Origin: Raillietiella orientalis
Taxonomy: Eukaryota
Length of the DNA: 64,000 bases
Assembly (NCBI GenBank): GCA_036172245.1
Contig: JAYWIR010000010.1
Span: 4,216,001-4,280,000 of the forward strand
Direction: 5' to 3'
The notes under the pieces were generated by a model. That model worked only from the letters and a program-made list of their open reading frames with translations, was not told the origin of the DNA and did no database searches. The position numbers and the translations under genes were made by a program. This document shows positions 63,716 through 64,000 of this stretch, in pieces. How positions within the stretch are numbered: the first letter of the stretch is position 1; each line of letters begins with the position of its first letter.

Positions 63716-63719
63716 AATA

Positions 63720-64000
63720 AGTTTAATCGGAAAATCTGGGTGAAAAACCCCTCGAGGGACTGGGAAAATTATAGTAGCCTGTTTGAAGAGCGGACTTCCG
63801 TCCACGTCTTTTGCCAAATGGACAAGACGACAAGAGGTTTGTACCGATGAAACATATAGTGGACAAGCCACGTTGAAGTTAAGGATGTCCAAAGATACCA
63901 GGATACCTCGCACATGGTGCTATTAGACGAGCACACCACCAGTCTTCAGGTCACGTACCGGGAGCAATCCGACTTTTTGTCGGGGGTTTATGTTCTTTGG
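63720..64000 (-). mobile_element. Possible non-LTR retrotransposon 3' end converging on copy C
   Basis: Minus-strand peptide CSRYVT*RLVVCSSNSTMCEVSWYL...VVLSIWQKTW, ending in the shared AT-rich tail; weak. Confidence 0.25.

Noticed and set aside
1..64000. CRISPR arrays, tRNA/rRNA genes, prokaryotic operons
   Set aside because: None seen; the sequence is intron-containing eukaryotic DNA.

Overview
Eukaryotic (animal, probably invertebrate/arthropod-like) genomic DNA with two very different compartments. Bases ~1-7 kb are AT-rich, CpG-depleted and compact, holding two intact convergent genes: NDOR1 (+, 5 coding exons, ~578 aa) and an NSD-family H3K36 methyltransferase (-, 13 coding exons, ~1270 aa). 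All 16 of their introns are only 39-53 nt. From ~12 kb the DNA becomes CpG-rich and is mostly decayed material: non-LTR retrotransposon fragments (a NeSL/Utopia-like RLE element; an L1/Tx1-like family that appears to carry two tandem zf-RVT modules and a conserved 3' hairpin), a Tigger/pogo-type MITE, and frameshifted gene relics. Between 15.8 and 31.3 kb, three pairs of repeats are nested in mirror symmetry. The only intact gene I can build on the right is a 3-exon STYXL1/MK-STYX-like rhodanese + dual-specificity phosphatase (-, 58271-46188, 332 aa). It has an N-terminal MGCSQS dual-acylation motif and an intact HCxxGxxR motif. Immediately downstream, on the same strand, lies what looks like a full-length, collinear but frameshifted relic of the dynein assembly factor DNAAF9/Shulin (C20orf194) over ~12 kb. 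All homology calls come from motif recognition by eye and from recalled sequences; no searches were run.
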